Positions 38,700 through 51,293 of a DNA stretch of 56,813 nt are shown here, one piece after another. The position numbers and the translations under genes were made by a program. The notes beneath the pieces were generated by a model. It saw nothing but the letters and a program-made list of their open reading frames with translations, ran no database searches and was not told the DNA's origin. This stretch comes from Gonapodya sp. JEL0774 (lineage: Eukaryota): assembly GCA_027604505.1 (NCBI GenBank), contig JADIIX010000143.1:1-56813 (forward strand), in the 5' to 3' direction. Each line of letters starts with the position of its first letter. The first letter of the stretch is position 1.

Positions 38700-39916
38700 A
38701 TGGCTGGTACGTTGCGTACTCGTTGTCACGCATCTCCCGCGAATGATACCTACAATAAGCTGATCACTGGACTCGTCAGATTTCAACCCCGACGACTTCT
38801 CAGAGTCCACTTCCCGTGGCACCCAGCAACCGGGTCAGCAGAAGCAGCTATCCACTGCAGCGAAAGTTGTGAGTTGAAAGAGGATAGCAATTCATACGGT
38901 TCTTATGCAGGAGTTTTAGTTGCGGTCAAGACGGAGATTAGTTTGGAACGGTACCTTGAATTTTCAAGACCGTCAGTTCTCCGAGAAGGGTATGAACAGC
39001 TTGACCTGGGCCCGCAGAGTACATGTAGATTGTTGCTTTGACGAATCTCATTGTGTTCTTGCCTTGAGACCAATAATGTCGGGTTGAGTTCGCCCGAGAA
39101 CTCCGCTTTTTGCTTGAGTTCCTCCGTATTGGAATTCGTCACGGACATTAACGACTTAAATTGTCCCATCCTTTTTTCCGAATCATTATGTTAGGGTCTT
39201 GGTCTCGCCGGCGCACTCGCTGCTGGCGGTCTAGCGACCGGTATCGGTCTCGCCGTCAAACATCACAAGGATGGTGAACGTCGCGAAGAGGAGCAACTCC
39301 ACGCCGCTCAGGCTCAGGCAGCCCAAGCCCAGCAGCAGGCCGCCCAATACCAGCAGCAGGCCGCCCAGGCCCAGGCCCAACTGGACGCGGCGAAGGCTCA
39401 GGAGCTGAACGCTCGGTTGCATGCTGCACAGGCGCAAGACGCCGCCGCCCACTACCAAGCCCCATCGTACGCCGCCCCGGTATGTGCAACGTAGACTGTT
39501 CAGTGGTATCTATTTCGCTCTCTCCTAATATATTACTTCGCCCAAATCGGCTACCCTGCAAATATGACACACTTTTGAAGCAGGCGGCTGGCGGTGCGCA
39601 GTGAGTAACATTCAACCCCTCACGAAATTTGACATGACCGTCCTCTATTCTAATCTAACTCTGCCTCTCATTCACCTTCGAACTTCTCAGATATCACACA
39701 ATCGTCGCGGGTAACACGTACTGGCAGCTCTCGCAGCAGTACGGAACCACAGTCCAGGCACTGGAGCAACTAAATCCCGGAGTGAACTAGTGAGTGGCGT
39801 CCCTTCTTCCCAAGGTGTAATTTTTGTTGGCGTCATGAATAACTGACCAATGTGTTCTCCGTGATCTCACACTCAGCAACAACCTGCAGATTGGGAGCCA
39901 GATCCGCATTCGCTGA
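38700..39916 (+). CDS. Small LysM-domain protein with a Gly-rich hydrophobic segment and a Gln/Ala-rich helix
   Basis: About six exons splice to MADFNPDD..AKV|GLGLAGALAAGGLATGIGLAV..QAQAAQAQQQ..|YHTIVAGNTYWQLSQQYGTTVQALEQLNPGVNY|NNLQIGSQIRIR*. Not present in the ORF track. Confidence 0.88.
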
Positions 39917-39929
39917 AGAAAAAAGTCAT

Positions 39930-40714
39930 CGTTCCGATGTGCCTTGTTGTGAGTGATATGAGCGACGGACCAGTAGTTTTCAATCTGATATCCGCTGTGG
40001 GGATGAAAAAGCAATAGTAATATGCTGTCCAAGAAGTACCGCCCCCGCCCCATGCTCACAAGATCAGTATTACGGAACAAGAAGGAGAATGTGGAGGGCA
40101 TGTTGCACACAGCAAGCGCGAAGATTACGATTATGGGAAACACAGAAGAGGATGCCGCGAAGTTTTGAAGAAAGTTTTGGGACGTGGTCGAATTTCTTGG
40201 TCTGGATGTCTTTCTCGCAAATCAATTATGTAGCCGAATAGCTCCCATCCCGAATTTACTTCGATATTCAAATTTCGTAATCTAGAAGGACACCGAGTTA
40301 AAGAAAGACTCAATTCTCCGGTAGCATACCCTGTTTCTGAACTCTCGCAATGCTTGGTTACTCGTCGACGTCCGAGTCCTCAAGATAAACTGGAATTGGA
40401 ACGAACTCTCCGTCCTCATTCCAAAAATCCTCCCGACATACAGGTTTATGTAGCTTCGAGTGCCTCCTCTGACACTCAGCATCACAGTACATCGCGATAT
40501 TGCAACGTGCACACGTTTTCGTGGGCTTCATAGTCATTGCATGAGGGGGAACAGTCCATAGTACATTGTACTTTCCAATCACGTCCTTTCGATAACCGTC
40601 CTTGCGCGATTCCGCGATTTCCATATTTTTAGACGGTGGATTGGAGAAAATTTCGAGTGCTGCCGCAATCGTCGGAGTTTTTGCCATAGTTCGATAATCG
40701 TCTGCTGACAGCAT
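39930..40714 (-). pseudogene. MYND zinc-finger gene, short or broken by stops and frameshifts after the finger
   Basis: TCARCNIAMYCDAECQRRHSKLHKPVC; stop at 40358, then coding-like frames with stops. The downstream part is homologous to 41150-41280. Confidence 0.6.
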
Positions 40715-40962
40715 TGCTAATGCCAATGGAGGAAACGGCGATCGGTGCGGCAAAAGAAGCGTTTACCTGTGGTGGAGTGCAGGAACGGATCGCCGTGGCC
40801 GGCGTGATCCTTCAATCACAAAATGAACCGGAGCTCTTGGTACCGAGTTCTTCCCCTTCCTTCTCAAAATGAGACCATCAAACTACATTGGCTGAGAATT
40901 CTTATGAAATGAGTGCTACGCTGCGTGCGAATGCGTGATCCAATTCCAAATCCGAAATGTAT

Positions 40963-41280
40963 TTAGTCAGCTGTGAATAGTGTGTGCCCAGGTTGTGAAG
41001 TCCAGTGCTTCCTTTGGTGGGAACCAGCCAGCCAACGAGGCGTTGATGTCTTGCTTGGATGGATGGGAATTGATCGCGTTGCGAGGGTATTTTGGCGCTT
41101 GAGTTCTTCAGGTATATCCGGCAGTGCGGACGTATCACATAGAGCGTGAAGATTACGCAAATGGGAAATATAGAAGAGTATGTCGCGAAGTTTTGAAGAA
41201 AGGTTTTGGACGTTGGCAATTTTCTTGGTCTGGATGTATTTCCTGGATTTGGCTAGTCGCATAGTTCTCATCCCTTTCAA
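40963..41280 (-). pseudogene. Degenerate paralogous fragment of the 40130-40250 segment
   Basis: DNA repeat cgcgaagttttgaagaaag..ggacgt..aatttcttggtctggatgt at about 40156 and 41184; FLQNFAASSSVFPIIVIFAL versus FLQNFATYSSIFPICVIFTL. Confidence 0.6.
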
Positions 41281-41414
41281 CCCAGTAATGCAACACGAAA
41301 TACATCGGTTTCCATCAAGTTCATCAGGATAAGTACCAAATGTTATTACATTTCGGCAAAAGCACCATGAAGCTAATTATATGCGGTATCATGCATGCAC
41401 TGTGACCAAATGTT

Positions 41415-43139
41415 TCAGTTCTCTTTCGTCACGTCTGCACCAGCAACAAGGTTCCTCGATTGCTCCTTGCACTCAGCGATCCCATTCCACGGTTTATCGG
41501 CCACCGATCCACGTGACGACTTCCGCTTTCTTCTCGCTCGACGTTCAAGTCGTCGTTTATGGGATGATACCCAACGTGAGAACCAGTAAATGTGAAGGGG
41601 GAATACAAGGGCAGGAATGACCCACACTGACGAGCAAGAGAAGAAAGCGTCAGTGACGACGACCAACTGGAGGGGCGATGCCATATTGCTTGCTCCACAT
41701 GACGTCTACATACGATACGGAACTCCAACGTCCAGTTCCGTGGCAACACTCCATCCCAACGCCACATGCAGCAGCACCCTTGTGACAAAATAGGAAAGTC
41801 CAAACGTTAAGTCTGCACGGTACTTTTTGTTGAGCTGTCCGATCGCCATAACGAATGTGGGGAGCTCGAGGAGGCCAAACGGCAAGAATGCGGCAGGAAG
41901 TCCCGTGTAGAGGGCGAACAGGACGATGAGCGTAAACAGGACGTGGTGGATGTAGCCCGAGAGAAGGGTGATCTAGTCAAAGTGTCGCCACGGTTTTCGA
42001 ATGCCGGATGCAACGGCCGCCATGAAACCACAGTTGTTAGTCGATCTACACAGCGAACATTTCTTACAACTTACCTCATAGGGGTAGAACACAGACCCGA
42101 TTGCAATATCGCACCACATGTATGACATGAAGTAGATAGAGATCCAGAGGGAAAGTCGGGATGTACCGTACAACGGCCATCTGCCAAAGGCAAAAGGAAG
42201 CCAAAGGAAGAAAGGAAGAAGACAAAACTCAAATAATGAGATTCTGGTTGGTTGGAATCAACACTGCAAAACCCTGTCAGACGGGTAACAGCGCCCTGGC
42301 GTTCACCGTTAAAGCTCCTATTCCGGCTACCAGTGCCACAGCTGGTCAGACAGCAACCGTTTATGTTGCATGCGTATCAGTGTACGACTTTGCACACGAT
42401 GCGTCTGCGTGCTTTCTTCGCGGAAACGGACCAAGCCTCTTGCAGCTCCGCATTGCGGCAACTGTTGTAGAAATTGAGAACACAAAGCAAAATCACAAAG
42501 GAGGATCCTCCACAATGGTCCTGCCAGCCAATCTGAGAGTGTCATATGTAGCTAGCGTGTGTGGTGTCCTCCGGCGGTGCTCGTTTGGGTCCGTTCTCGA
42601 ATAGCTCGAGGACTGCCAACAGAGCATCCTCACCTCTCTATATCCCATCCGTGTGTGACCCACCCTGCCACTGCCACTGTTCCGGCCAGAGTCATAACGA
42701 GGCTAGAAAAAAATGTCAATATCCATGACACTTTCCGCTCGAATGTCGGGTCCTGCAAAGGGTCAAGTTCAAAATCTGGGTCCAGGTCCTCGAATCCGTT
42801 AAGCGAGTTGTCCCCAAGCCCATCTCGTTTACGAAGAGCTCCCATCTCGCGCTTTTTCTTGGAAATTTGCCGCCGACGTGAGCGGATCCAAAGCCATCGT
42901 ACTGTTAGGAACAGCGCTGTTTGAGCAGCAATAAGAATAGCGAGTGGCTGCAGAATCTCGGGGTCGGTAATAAAGCTGAGTACGGATGAATGCGATTCGA
43001 GTGATTCTGAGGACCTCTCGAAACGTCGGACCCAGGCATCGTCACGATTGTGTGAGGCAGGTTGCCCAGGGAACTTCGGTGGAGGTGTTGGATGAATTCG
43101 CCGAAGAAGAAACTCCAATTTGGGGAACGTGGGCAACAT
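41415..43139 (-). CDS. TLC (TRAM/LAG1/CLN8) domain membrane protein, copy 1
   Basis: WILTFFSSLVMT, IYFMSYMWCDIAIG..FYP, LSGYIHH, LLELPTFVMAIG, DLTFGLSYFVTRV and PLHIYWF; four exons. Confidence 0.85.
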
Positions 43140-44284
43140 GGAATGTCAGAAATGGGACTGGTTTCAAGCTTATGGTTAGATACCAGTTTCCGCTGACGAA
43201 GTTGCGGCTTTTCACCTTTTCGCGGTTTGGTGCACATTCCTGATATTATTATACTAAATCGACAACCGGGGTGAACCGACAAATAGAATTCCTGATTGGA
43301 AAAGCATTGCAATGAAAATGCTTTCCTTGATAAGCTTATCCACCGCAGGAACATACGAATCCACTTGAGTGGATTGCCGATCGCTCCTTATGATGCCGAG
43401 CTCCCGCGAGGCGGATCTCACAAACACGGACCTACCCACACTTGCAGGCGACGGCGTATCGTGCATCTTATGGCTCACATGTATTTCATGTGCGGTGGAG
43501 ACAGTATCCAGTCTTAAGTTCATCACACAACTTATAGTGGGTCACGTGTCCTTCATTTCACATTCCATCGCCACAAAATGACTTCCATCACTCACTCACT
43601 GCCCATGCAAATCGCACTAGTGCTGACTCTCGGACCTTGAACTCGGTCTTTCTTGCTTGTGCATATCAGGACCGTTCAATCCACGTTCCTCCCGAAGTCA
43701 AGCAAACCTGACTCCATGTCGTTTTCAATGACCAATTACGACAGCAGTGTTTTCTGCCAGGACACTTTGGTTCACGGGCAAGCGAGAGGGCTCAGTTGCA
43801 TGTTCTTCGGCGCATGCAATCGTGTCTGAATATGCTCACCCAAAATTATAAGCAAGAAAGGCTTTTGCAACGTTACTGCAATGAAAACGAAAGGCACATC
43901 TACAGTCGATGACATTGCAGAATGAAACGTTGTCTTACTCAATTGACAGTATGCAAAATCTTCAATTTGGACCCTGGCCAGCAGTGCTGATCTTCTCCCC
44001 TAATATTACCGACGATACAATATACATTCAGTGTCGCACTGCACACGATGAGGTTGCGGTACGCATATATCCGAACGTGGCCATTACTGTAGGAATATTC
44101 CGTAATTACCGAAGATCGCATAAGCAGGTAAACGCACAAAATCCGATACCACCCAAAAATCCGGACCTCAAAGTGATGTCAGTGGAACATTTCCAGAAAT
44201 GAAACTTGCATCCAATGGTGATATCCTCCCAAATCTTAATCCGACATTCTCCCCAGTGTCCAAACTCCAACACACGAACTTTGA

Positions 44285-45673
44285 TCACTCTTCCTTCCTT
44301 GAAGACAGCAATCCGTCCACCGAATTCTTACTGGTAGAACGGCTCATCTGAGCATTTGTAAGACTGTCTTTCTCGACCCGTTCTGTTTCCTCGGCCCGCC
44401 GCTTGGCCCAAAGTCTCCTCTGCTGTTTGATCCACTTGTGGAACCAGTACACGTGTAGCGGAAGAACAATGGCCGGTAGTGGCCATACTAAATTTAATTT
44501 TTGTCATTCGAAGGAGCGGAAACGAAGAGGAGGAGCGAAGTGTGTGTGTGCCGTTGCAACTGTGGAGCAGCGCAGTGTTCTCACGTACCAATCATTCCAA
44601 CGTCCAATTCCCTTGCTAGACTCCAGCACAAGGCCGTATGCAGCACTACTCGCGTGCAGAAGTAGGTTCCACCAAACACCAAGTCCCGTCTGTACTGCTT
44701 ATCAAGCTGACCTAGTGCCATAACCAATGTCGGAAGCTCGAGCAGACAGAAGGGAAGGATACAAGCAACGAGACCGTGATATATGGCAAATGTGAAGATG
44801 AAAGAGAAAATGGCGTGGTGAACGTAACCGGCGAGGAGCGTGATCTGTAGTAACAAGCCGAAACCTGGGGTAAGTCGACAACGGCCGTTTGACAATATCA
44901 AGAATATAGGACGCTCAACACACCTGGCTGCGATAGTACGTTACGCCGATTGCAATATCACACCACATGTACGTAAGGAAGTAAATGGCAATCCATAATG
45001 ACAATCGGGTGTGTCCAACGATCGGCCACCTCGCAGACGAGGATGTGAAACGGTGTAGTTATTTATCAATTTAACATTCGGCGCCAAACAATGTCACGTC
45101 ACATGTCTTCAGAACAGCGCACCTCCAGAGCCGACATACTCACTTTGCCATGTCCCATCCATGAACAACCCATCCGAAGAATCCAAGCATCCCACCCACT
45201 GTCATCACCGCACTTGAGACGACGGTGAGGATCCAGGAAGTCTTCCGCTCAAATGATGGGTCGGTAAGAATATTATTTGATAGTTTCTTGGAATCTCCGA
45301 GACTCAGGGAATTGGTGTGCTTGGAAGTTGACCCTTGATTTCTCCACCTGTTAATCCACTTCCTTCGGACGAGCCAGAAAACGGCAATCTGAGCAACGAC
45401 AAAGAGCACCATAGGCTTCATGAATGCTGGGTGCATGATAACCTCCGCTAGTGAATAACTATGGAGTTGACTGGGTAGCACTCGGGAGGGTATTTCCGAT
45501 GAACAAGCCAGATTCGAGGGTCGATCAGTCGCAAAAAGAGACGATAAAGAAAACGATCTGGGCTCCTTCGTGCAGTGGATTCCGGATGCTGAATTAGATT
45601 GTGCAAGGAGCGGTAGAGGATACTTTGGAAACGATGGCAGCGATGTTGGATGATCTCTTCGAATTCGGGGCAT
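44285..45673 (-). CDS. TLC domain membrane protein, copy 2; start approximate
   Basis: DPSFERKTSWILTVVSS, LAGYVHH, LLELPTLVMALG, DLVFGGTYFCTRV and PLHVYWF; same exon structure as copy 1. Confidence 0.85.
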
Positions 45674-46913
45674 GATTGGGACCGAGACGAGCTGATGTGG
45701 TAATAGAAGATGCTCTAGTAGAAAATTGGGGTGAATTGACGACTCTGTCGGATGGGGAAAGGACATGAAGATCTGCAGCTGGGCTCCTACCCTTTGCTGA
45801 ATAAACCGGACAGAAATCGTCAATGAATGAGCAGGAAGAACCTCTCGCGTAGAATTTGGTATGTTCTTCAGAGAGATTCTGCGCTCAAATGGTATGCTGG
45901 ATGGTGGTTGGGGTGATCAGATTCCGACACAGGCGCGCGTCGTGGTGGCTTTGCAAGCACGTGCCCACCAAACACAGGCGAGAACCTTTTGCACTCAAGA
46001 ACTCCATGTATTATTAGTTTCTTATTCGATTAGATCAGATAGGGTTTAGTCACGGAAGTCAGACATGGGATCCATGTCTGAATTAAGCATGAATCCAGAC
46101 TCCCGTAGTCAAGAGCTTTTGAGTGCTTGGACGTGTAGAAGGAGCCAGTCTATTCCCACTCAATGTAATACGCATCCACGTTCGCCGTGATCCGTGAGTA
46201 TGGGTTTGCCATCGCTGTTTTGACTTCGGCTCCAGAAAATACATCTTGGCACGAATTGTAGATCAACAAACCTCTGTTACGACAATAGATAACCCTTCCT
46301 GCTACGTACCTCGACGTGAGGATGTGTTGTCGGTAGCATGACCAAGGTTCAAGCAAGCAATTGCATCGCTTGTGCAACCGATATAAAGTCGAATGTTTTG
46401 TGAGACATAGACACTTGGGTGCGAAGCCCGAACACAGTTTAGGATTGGAGCTCCGGACGTACTAAATGCAGAAGTTCTCGCGAATAGACTTACAGTACGC
46501 GCTGGACTCACAGGACCGTCACGGTTACACTACTCGTACTGGAGAATACAGCGGTTATGTAAAGTCTGAGTGCACCCAGAGGAGATGAACTGATGTATAT
46601 GAGGCATGAGCTTCCACTCCATCCTGAGGGGGAAAAGTCTCTCAACACTCAAATGACTTTTTATATTTATTTCTGCTGCAGTGGCAAAAGGGGGTAATTT
46701 GCCATGTTTTGTTGTGCGCTCGAGTGTTGCACCGAAGCCGCGCTTCTTTCTTTTTCCTCGCCCATCCCACGCCCACGTCACAATCTCGCCCACGCGTCCT
46801 TTCTCTCGTCCACCGTCCACCGTCCACTCGTCCACTCGTCAAAGTCCACAAGTCCAGTCCTAGGTTCTAGATTTTAGACACCTGTCAAACCCGCTCAGAA
46901 AAGCTTGAAAACA

Positions 46914-48250
46914 ATGAGCGCCGAAGCTGCAGTCGAAGCCCCAAAGGCCGCAGAGGAGAAGGTATGTTGATTGCATGCTTTCTCATACGCTAAATTTTTC
47001 GGTTGTTGCGGGAGCCGTTTACCGGAATCTGTTGCGACATTGAACCTCAGCACCCCCAAGTCTTCGTTGGAAACCTCCCCTTCTCCACCACGAACGCCGA
47101 GCTCAAGACCCTCTTTGCTGCTCACAACCCGCTCAACGCACAGGTTGTCTTCCGCGGTAACCGTTCCCTGGGATACGGGTTCGTCACGTTTGCCAAGGAG
47201 GAGGAGGCTGAGGAGGCCACCAAGGCCATGGATAAGAAGGAATTGGGAGGCAGGGAGATTAACGTCGAAGTCGCCAGGCTCAAGGTGAGTACTAATAGAT
47301 CATTTTGGGCCGAGGCCGGGGAAACTGCTCTCCTACGATGTGCGGAGTTGTTTTTGTCAACGCCATAATGATGAATTTGTAAGCGGTGCCAAACTTCTGG
47401 TACCATCATCCGTTGCTATGATCAGATGCAAAATTCGCATTCGAGTGTCCAGCGTCACACTGCGGCTCATACATTCGAATGCTTCGTTTAACCATCAGGA
47501 TGGCTCTGTCCCTGCTTCTTCCAACCGTGGGGGCCGCGGTGGCCGCCGTGGTGGCTCTGCCTACGCCCCCCGCCCTGTCAATGGGACCGGTGAAGACACT
47601 GCAGACCCTGCTGCCTTCCTGCCCGCCCGCACCCGCGGTGGCCGTGGCGGCCGTGGTGGCCGCGGTGGGCGAGGAGGCCGTGGCCCTCGCGGACCGACCG
47701 TCTCTGAAGATTCCCCTGCTGCTGAGTCTGCTGCCCCTGCCTCTGCTCAGGCTCCCAACGGCGATTCTGAGACCATCGGTACTCGCGGTGGTCGTGGCCG
47801 CGGCCGGGGTCGTGGTGCTCGCGGTGCTGCTCCGGGCCGTGCCGTTGTCGGAGGTGCCACTCGTCCTGTCGGCGACGTCGCTGCCGGCGCTGAGCTTTCC
47901 GCCACCACTCTGTTCGTTGCCAACGTTCCCTTCAAGTTTGAGGACGCGGACTTGAAAGCAGCGTTCGCCGGGTACAACTTGGCCAGCGCTCATGTTGTCA
48001 AGATGAGGAGTGGAAGGTCCAAAGGTTTCGGCTTTGTTGAGGCTTCGAGCCCAGAAGAACAGAAAAGGGTATGCATCCATTGTCCCCTCACTCCACACTC
48101 CTTGGCAGTAAACTCATTTCGTGCACAATGTAGATCCTCGCCGAGTGCACGTCCCTTCATGCTGATGGCCGCGATCTCGTTGTGCGCGCCGCGCTCGCTT
48201 CCCAGATCCACAAGGAGGACGGTGCTCTCGCGCCGGCTGCCCAGAATTAA
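46914..48250 (+). CDS. RRM-RGG-RRM RNA-binding protein (Sbp1-like architecture)
   Basis: RRM1 VFVGNLPF/RSLGYGFVTF, RGG repeats (RGGRGGRGGRGG) and RRM2 LFVANVPF/RSKGFGFVE; three introns. Confidence 0.9.
47368..47426 (+). ncRNA. Candidate intronic box C/D snoRNA
   Basis: Perfect C box ATGATGA at 47368-47374 in a 213-nt intron. Only degenerate D boxes (ATGA, CAGA), preceded by ATCCGTTGCT. Confidence 0.25.
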
Positions 48251-49174
48251 GCTTCCGGCACCTTTTGCAAGTTCAAGTCTCAGAAAAAGCTGCAAACCTC
48301 TGGATTCTGCCTTTAGTCTACTGCCCTTTAGTCTAACGCATAAAACCCCTGTCCCTGTTTTTAAAGACGACCACATTTATTACCTCGACCATGGTCTTTC
48401 CCTTGCGGCCTCAGAGTTCTGGGAGTCTGGGGTTTGTAACATGTGTGTGTGCTAGCGACATCATATTCGGTGTAAGACCATAGGTGGATCTATCTATGAG
48501 TCAATATAAACTGATAACCTGATTGCGTTGTGTGAGACTTGAAAAAGAGGTCAAGGACCACTCATCAGCTGTTACGGCCATGCCGATACGCATCTGAATG
48601 ACTAGCGCAGTCCAAGTATTGCCAAGCATGTGGTAGAATTACTACAAGTCAGCAATTTTGGAGAGATTAAGAATGTACATTGCTACTAGGAGCAAAACAG
48701 TTGGCCAACCTGCAATACCTTTCAGTCGCCAGAGAAAGTTGGGGCGAGTTTTCACATCTCTTTACTAGGGAATATTCCATGTTGCGCGAGAAAGCTACCC
48801 CAAGTGCTGGCAAGTATAGTGAGCGGATGCTGGAACAACTGTGGTGTCGATGTTCGCACTTTCTGCATGTTCCCCAGGGCATTAAAAGCACTTCAGTCTT
48901 ACTCGTGGGCTGATTAACTGCGAAGCCCGGTATACAATCGGCAAACTGCTTTTAGTAGGCATAAGCAGGAGTTCTCGAGCACTTTTTCATAGCTGGCAGG
49001 GAGATCAGATTGGAGGATCAACAGTCACGATAATAGACCACAATGTCAAATCAATATGTGCACTCTTCATTTGCCACTTTCTACACCGGACACGTCACTC
49101 CACCTACAACCCACCAACCCCGCATCCCACCAATCACAAAACCCGGGCATCCTCAAACGCATTCAAGTCGTGCT

Positions 49175-50248
49175 CTAATCCAACTGCCCACCGACGTAGA
49201 CGCCTTCCCTAGGAAACTCAAACACGACATCCTTCCCGGTGAGACGGCGGTACACCGAAGAGAAGGTGTCGAGCTTGTACTCGAGCGAGGTGTGGTCTTT
49301 GCGGTCGAGGAAGCTGGCGTGAGGTGGAAGAAGGGAAGCCGGTGAGAGTGGTTCGGTGAATAGAAACAAACGATATAATCAGGGTGCGAATATATAATTG
49401 TGTTCCTGGAACACACTGACTCTGACAGTCAATAGCTCACTTCCCCTTTCAAACCCGTCATGTTTTCCTAATACTCGTCCAGGAAGCAGGAATTATGCTT
49501 TTGCTCACATCAACTCACACTTTGATGATTCTGGAACCATCGACCTTTACCTTTGTCCTCTTGCCGACAATCTCGGTGGGGTAGCACATGTCCTCAAGCA
49601 GCTTCTCGTGTACACTGGTGAGAGTCCGGGAGCGGGGCCTCTTCTGCCCGACACGTGAGGTCCTGGTGGGCTTGTGGAGGATCCGGCGCTGGGCCACAAA
49701 GACGACGTGGCGGTCGGAGAGCTTCTTCTCGAGCTCACGGACCAGACGGGGTTGGACGCGGCGAAGGGTCTTGAGGAGGGGAACAGGAACGAAAATGAGG
49801 ACCGCGCGTTTAGAGTGGCCAATGTCGAGCTGGTAGAGGGGAGGTGGGCGGTCAGTCACATGCATGATTCGGTTAGAGAACTATAACATTCAAACACAAG
49901 TCCCAACACAACTTTCTCCGACGACAACGGCCTTAGCCCCCCACTGATAGCGGGCGATGCGAGCATAACCCAAAGTAACGAGCGATGCTCCGTGCGCTGG
50001 ACTTGATGCAAGTTCTCAAAATGCGTTCATGCTAATCCTCAGGCCCGAGTCCACGCTTCAATTCTCTGCCTCTCTGCTTCTCCTGGCCGACTCACCTCCT
50101 TGGCGGCGTTGAACTGGAGGATCCTGAGGTCAGCCCTAAGCTCCGGCACGTTCTGCTCGAGCTCGTAAACGTTCCTCGCGACCTCGAGCTCCAACTCGTC
50201 AGGCTCAACTCCAACCGGTTTGATAATCTTTGCGCGAGCGGAGGCCAT
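49175..50248 (-). CDS. RPS7: 40S ribosomal protein S7 (eS7)
   Basis: [53 protein letters not shown] and [14 protein letters not shown]; two introns. Confidence 0.97.
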
Positions 50249-50905
50249 GCTCTTTTGATATTTGGGCGGGTTCGATGAGGGGAATATTCGAGTTTGTGGT
50301 GGATTAGGAAGGTGGAACAAGAACGCAGCATGTCGTGAGAACACGAGAGAGGCATCCGCAGGCAGAATACAATATTGTAGTCACTGGCTTGAAACCGTGA
50401 CCCCATGCCGCTGCGGATCCCATGTAATGCCAGAAGCTGCTGGAGCCTGGTTTCCCAATTCCGCTCAACACTTTCCACCATCCGCCACCACAACAGAAAC
50501 GGCCAGAACTATCGTTTGCATCAGCTGATTTCTTTTCGTATTTTCGGAAAGCCAAGGAGTCATATTTTCTGTCCCTTCCGCTGTCTACGTTTTGTCCCTT
50601 CTGTCCCCTCCTGCTTCTGAGATTCTTCTTTTGGAGTGTCTGAAACAACAGCCAAATGGGCGCAGCTGATCGTTTCCACCAGTTGTCCAGTTCACACGTC
50701 TCCTCACCGTTGGGAGTGTTTGCCGTTGGATGGATGGATATGGAGAGAGATGCAGAGGCGGATGTGCGTGTCATATTTTTTGTGTGGACGTTTGTCTGTG
50801 CTCGGGCCACAAGTGACTCTGTCCACTGACTTTACACTGCTATTAACAGACCAAACCCGGCACGGGTATGAGGGAAAGCCGCCACGCCTTTTCGGTGAGA
50901 AGTCT

Positions 50906-51107
50906 AGGTGGGGACCCCTGAGTAAGGGGATGTGCACTTGTTGGGAAATATGGGGGCGCTAAACGTGCAGCAAAACACACCTGTCCACCAGAATCAGCGA
51001 ATTTCGATGATTCTACATCGTGCTTCTGCAGCACGGATACCGCAAAAATCGATTCACAGTTGGTTGAGACGCTGAGGTGGGACCCCCCGAGTGGGGGAAT
51101 GTGCACT
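50906..51107. repeat. Two diverged 33-nt direct repeats, each containing a hairpin
   Basis: aggtggggacccctgagtaaggggatgtgcact (50906-50938) and aggtgggaccccccgagtgggggaatgtgcact (51075-51107). Confidence 0.75.
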
Positions 51108-51293
51108 AATTTTATTGGGGGGCTTCATGACGCCTTCCAGCTTGATTACGAAATTATTAAGTCCCGAAAAGTTCGTTTTAGTTTGGGGCTTATATACAGT
51201 CGGAGCATGGAATGTGTCATAGGGTACCGTTCACTCGACTCCATCAGGTTCAACAACAATCACTACCCATGTGCGCGTTGTCACAATGAGTAC

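Noticed and set aside
49440..49500. U17/snR30 m1/m2-like words (ATAATTCCTG, AAAACAT) in the RPS7 intron
   Set aside because: Both mismatch the conserved motifs and lack the closing stem and correctly spaced ACA box.
50860..50900. Loose resemblance to group II intron domain V
   Set aside because: The catalytic triad and stem pairing are not conserved and there is no intron context.
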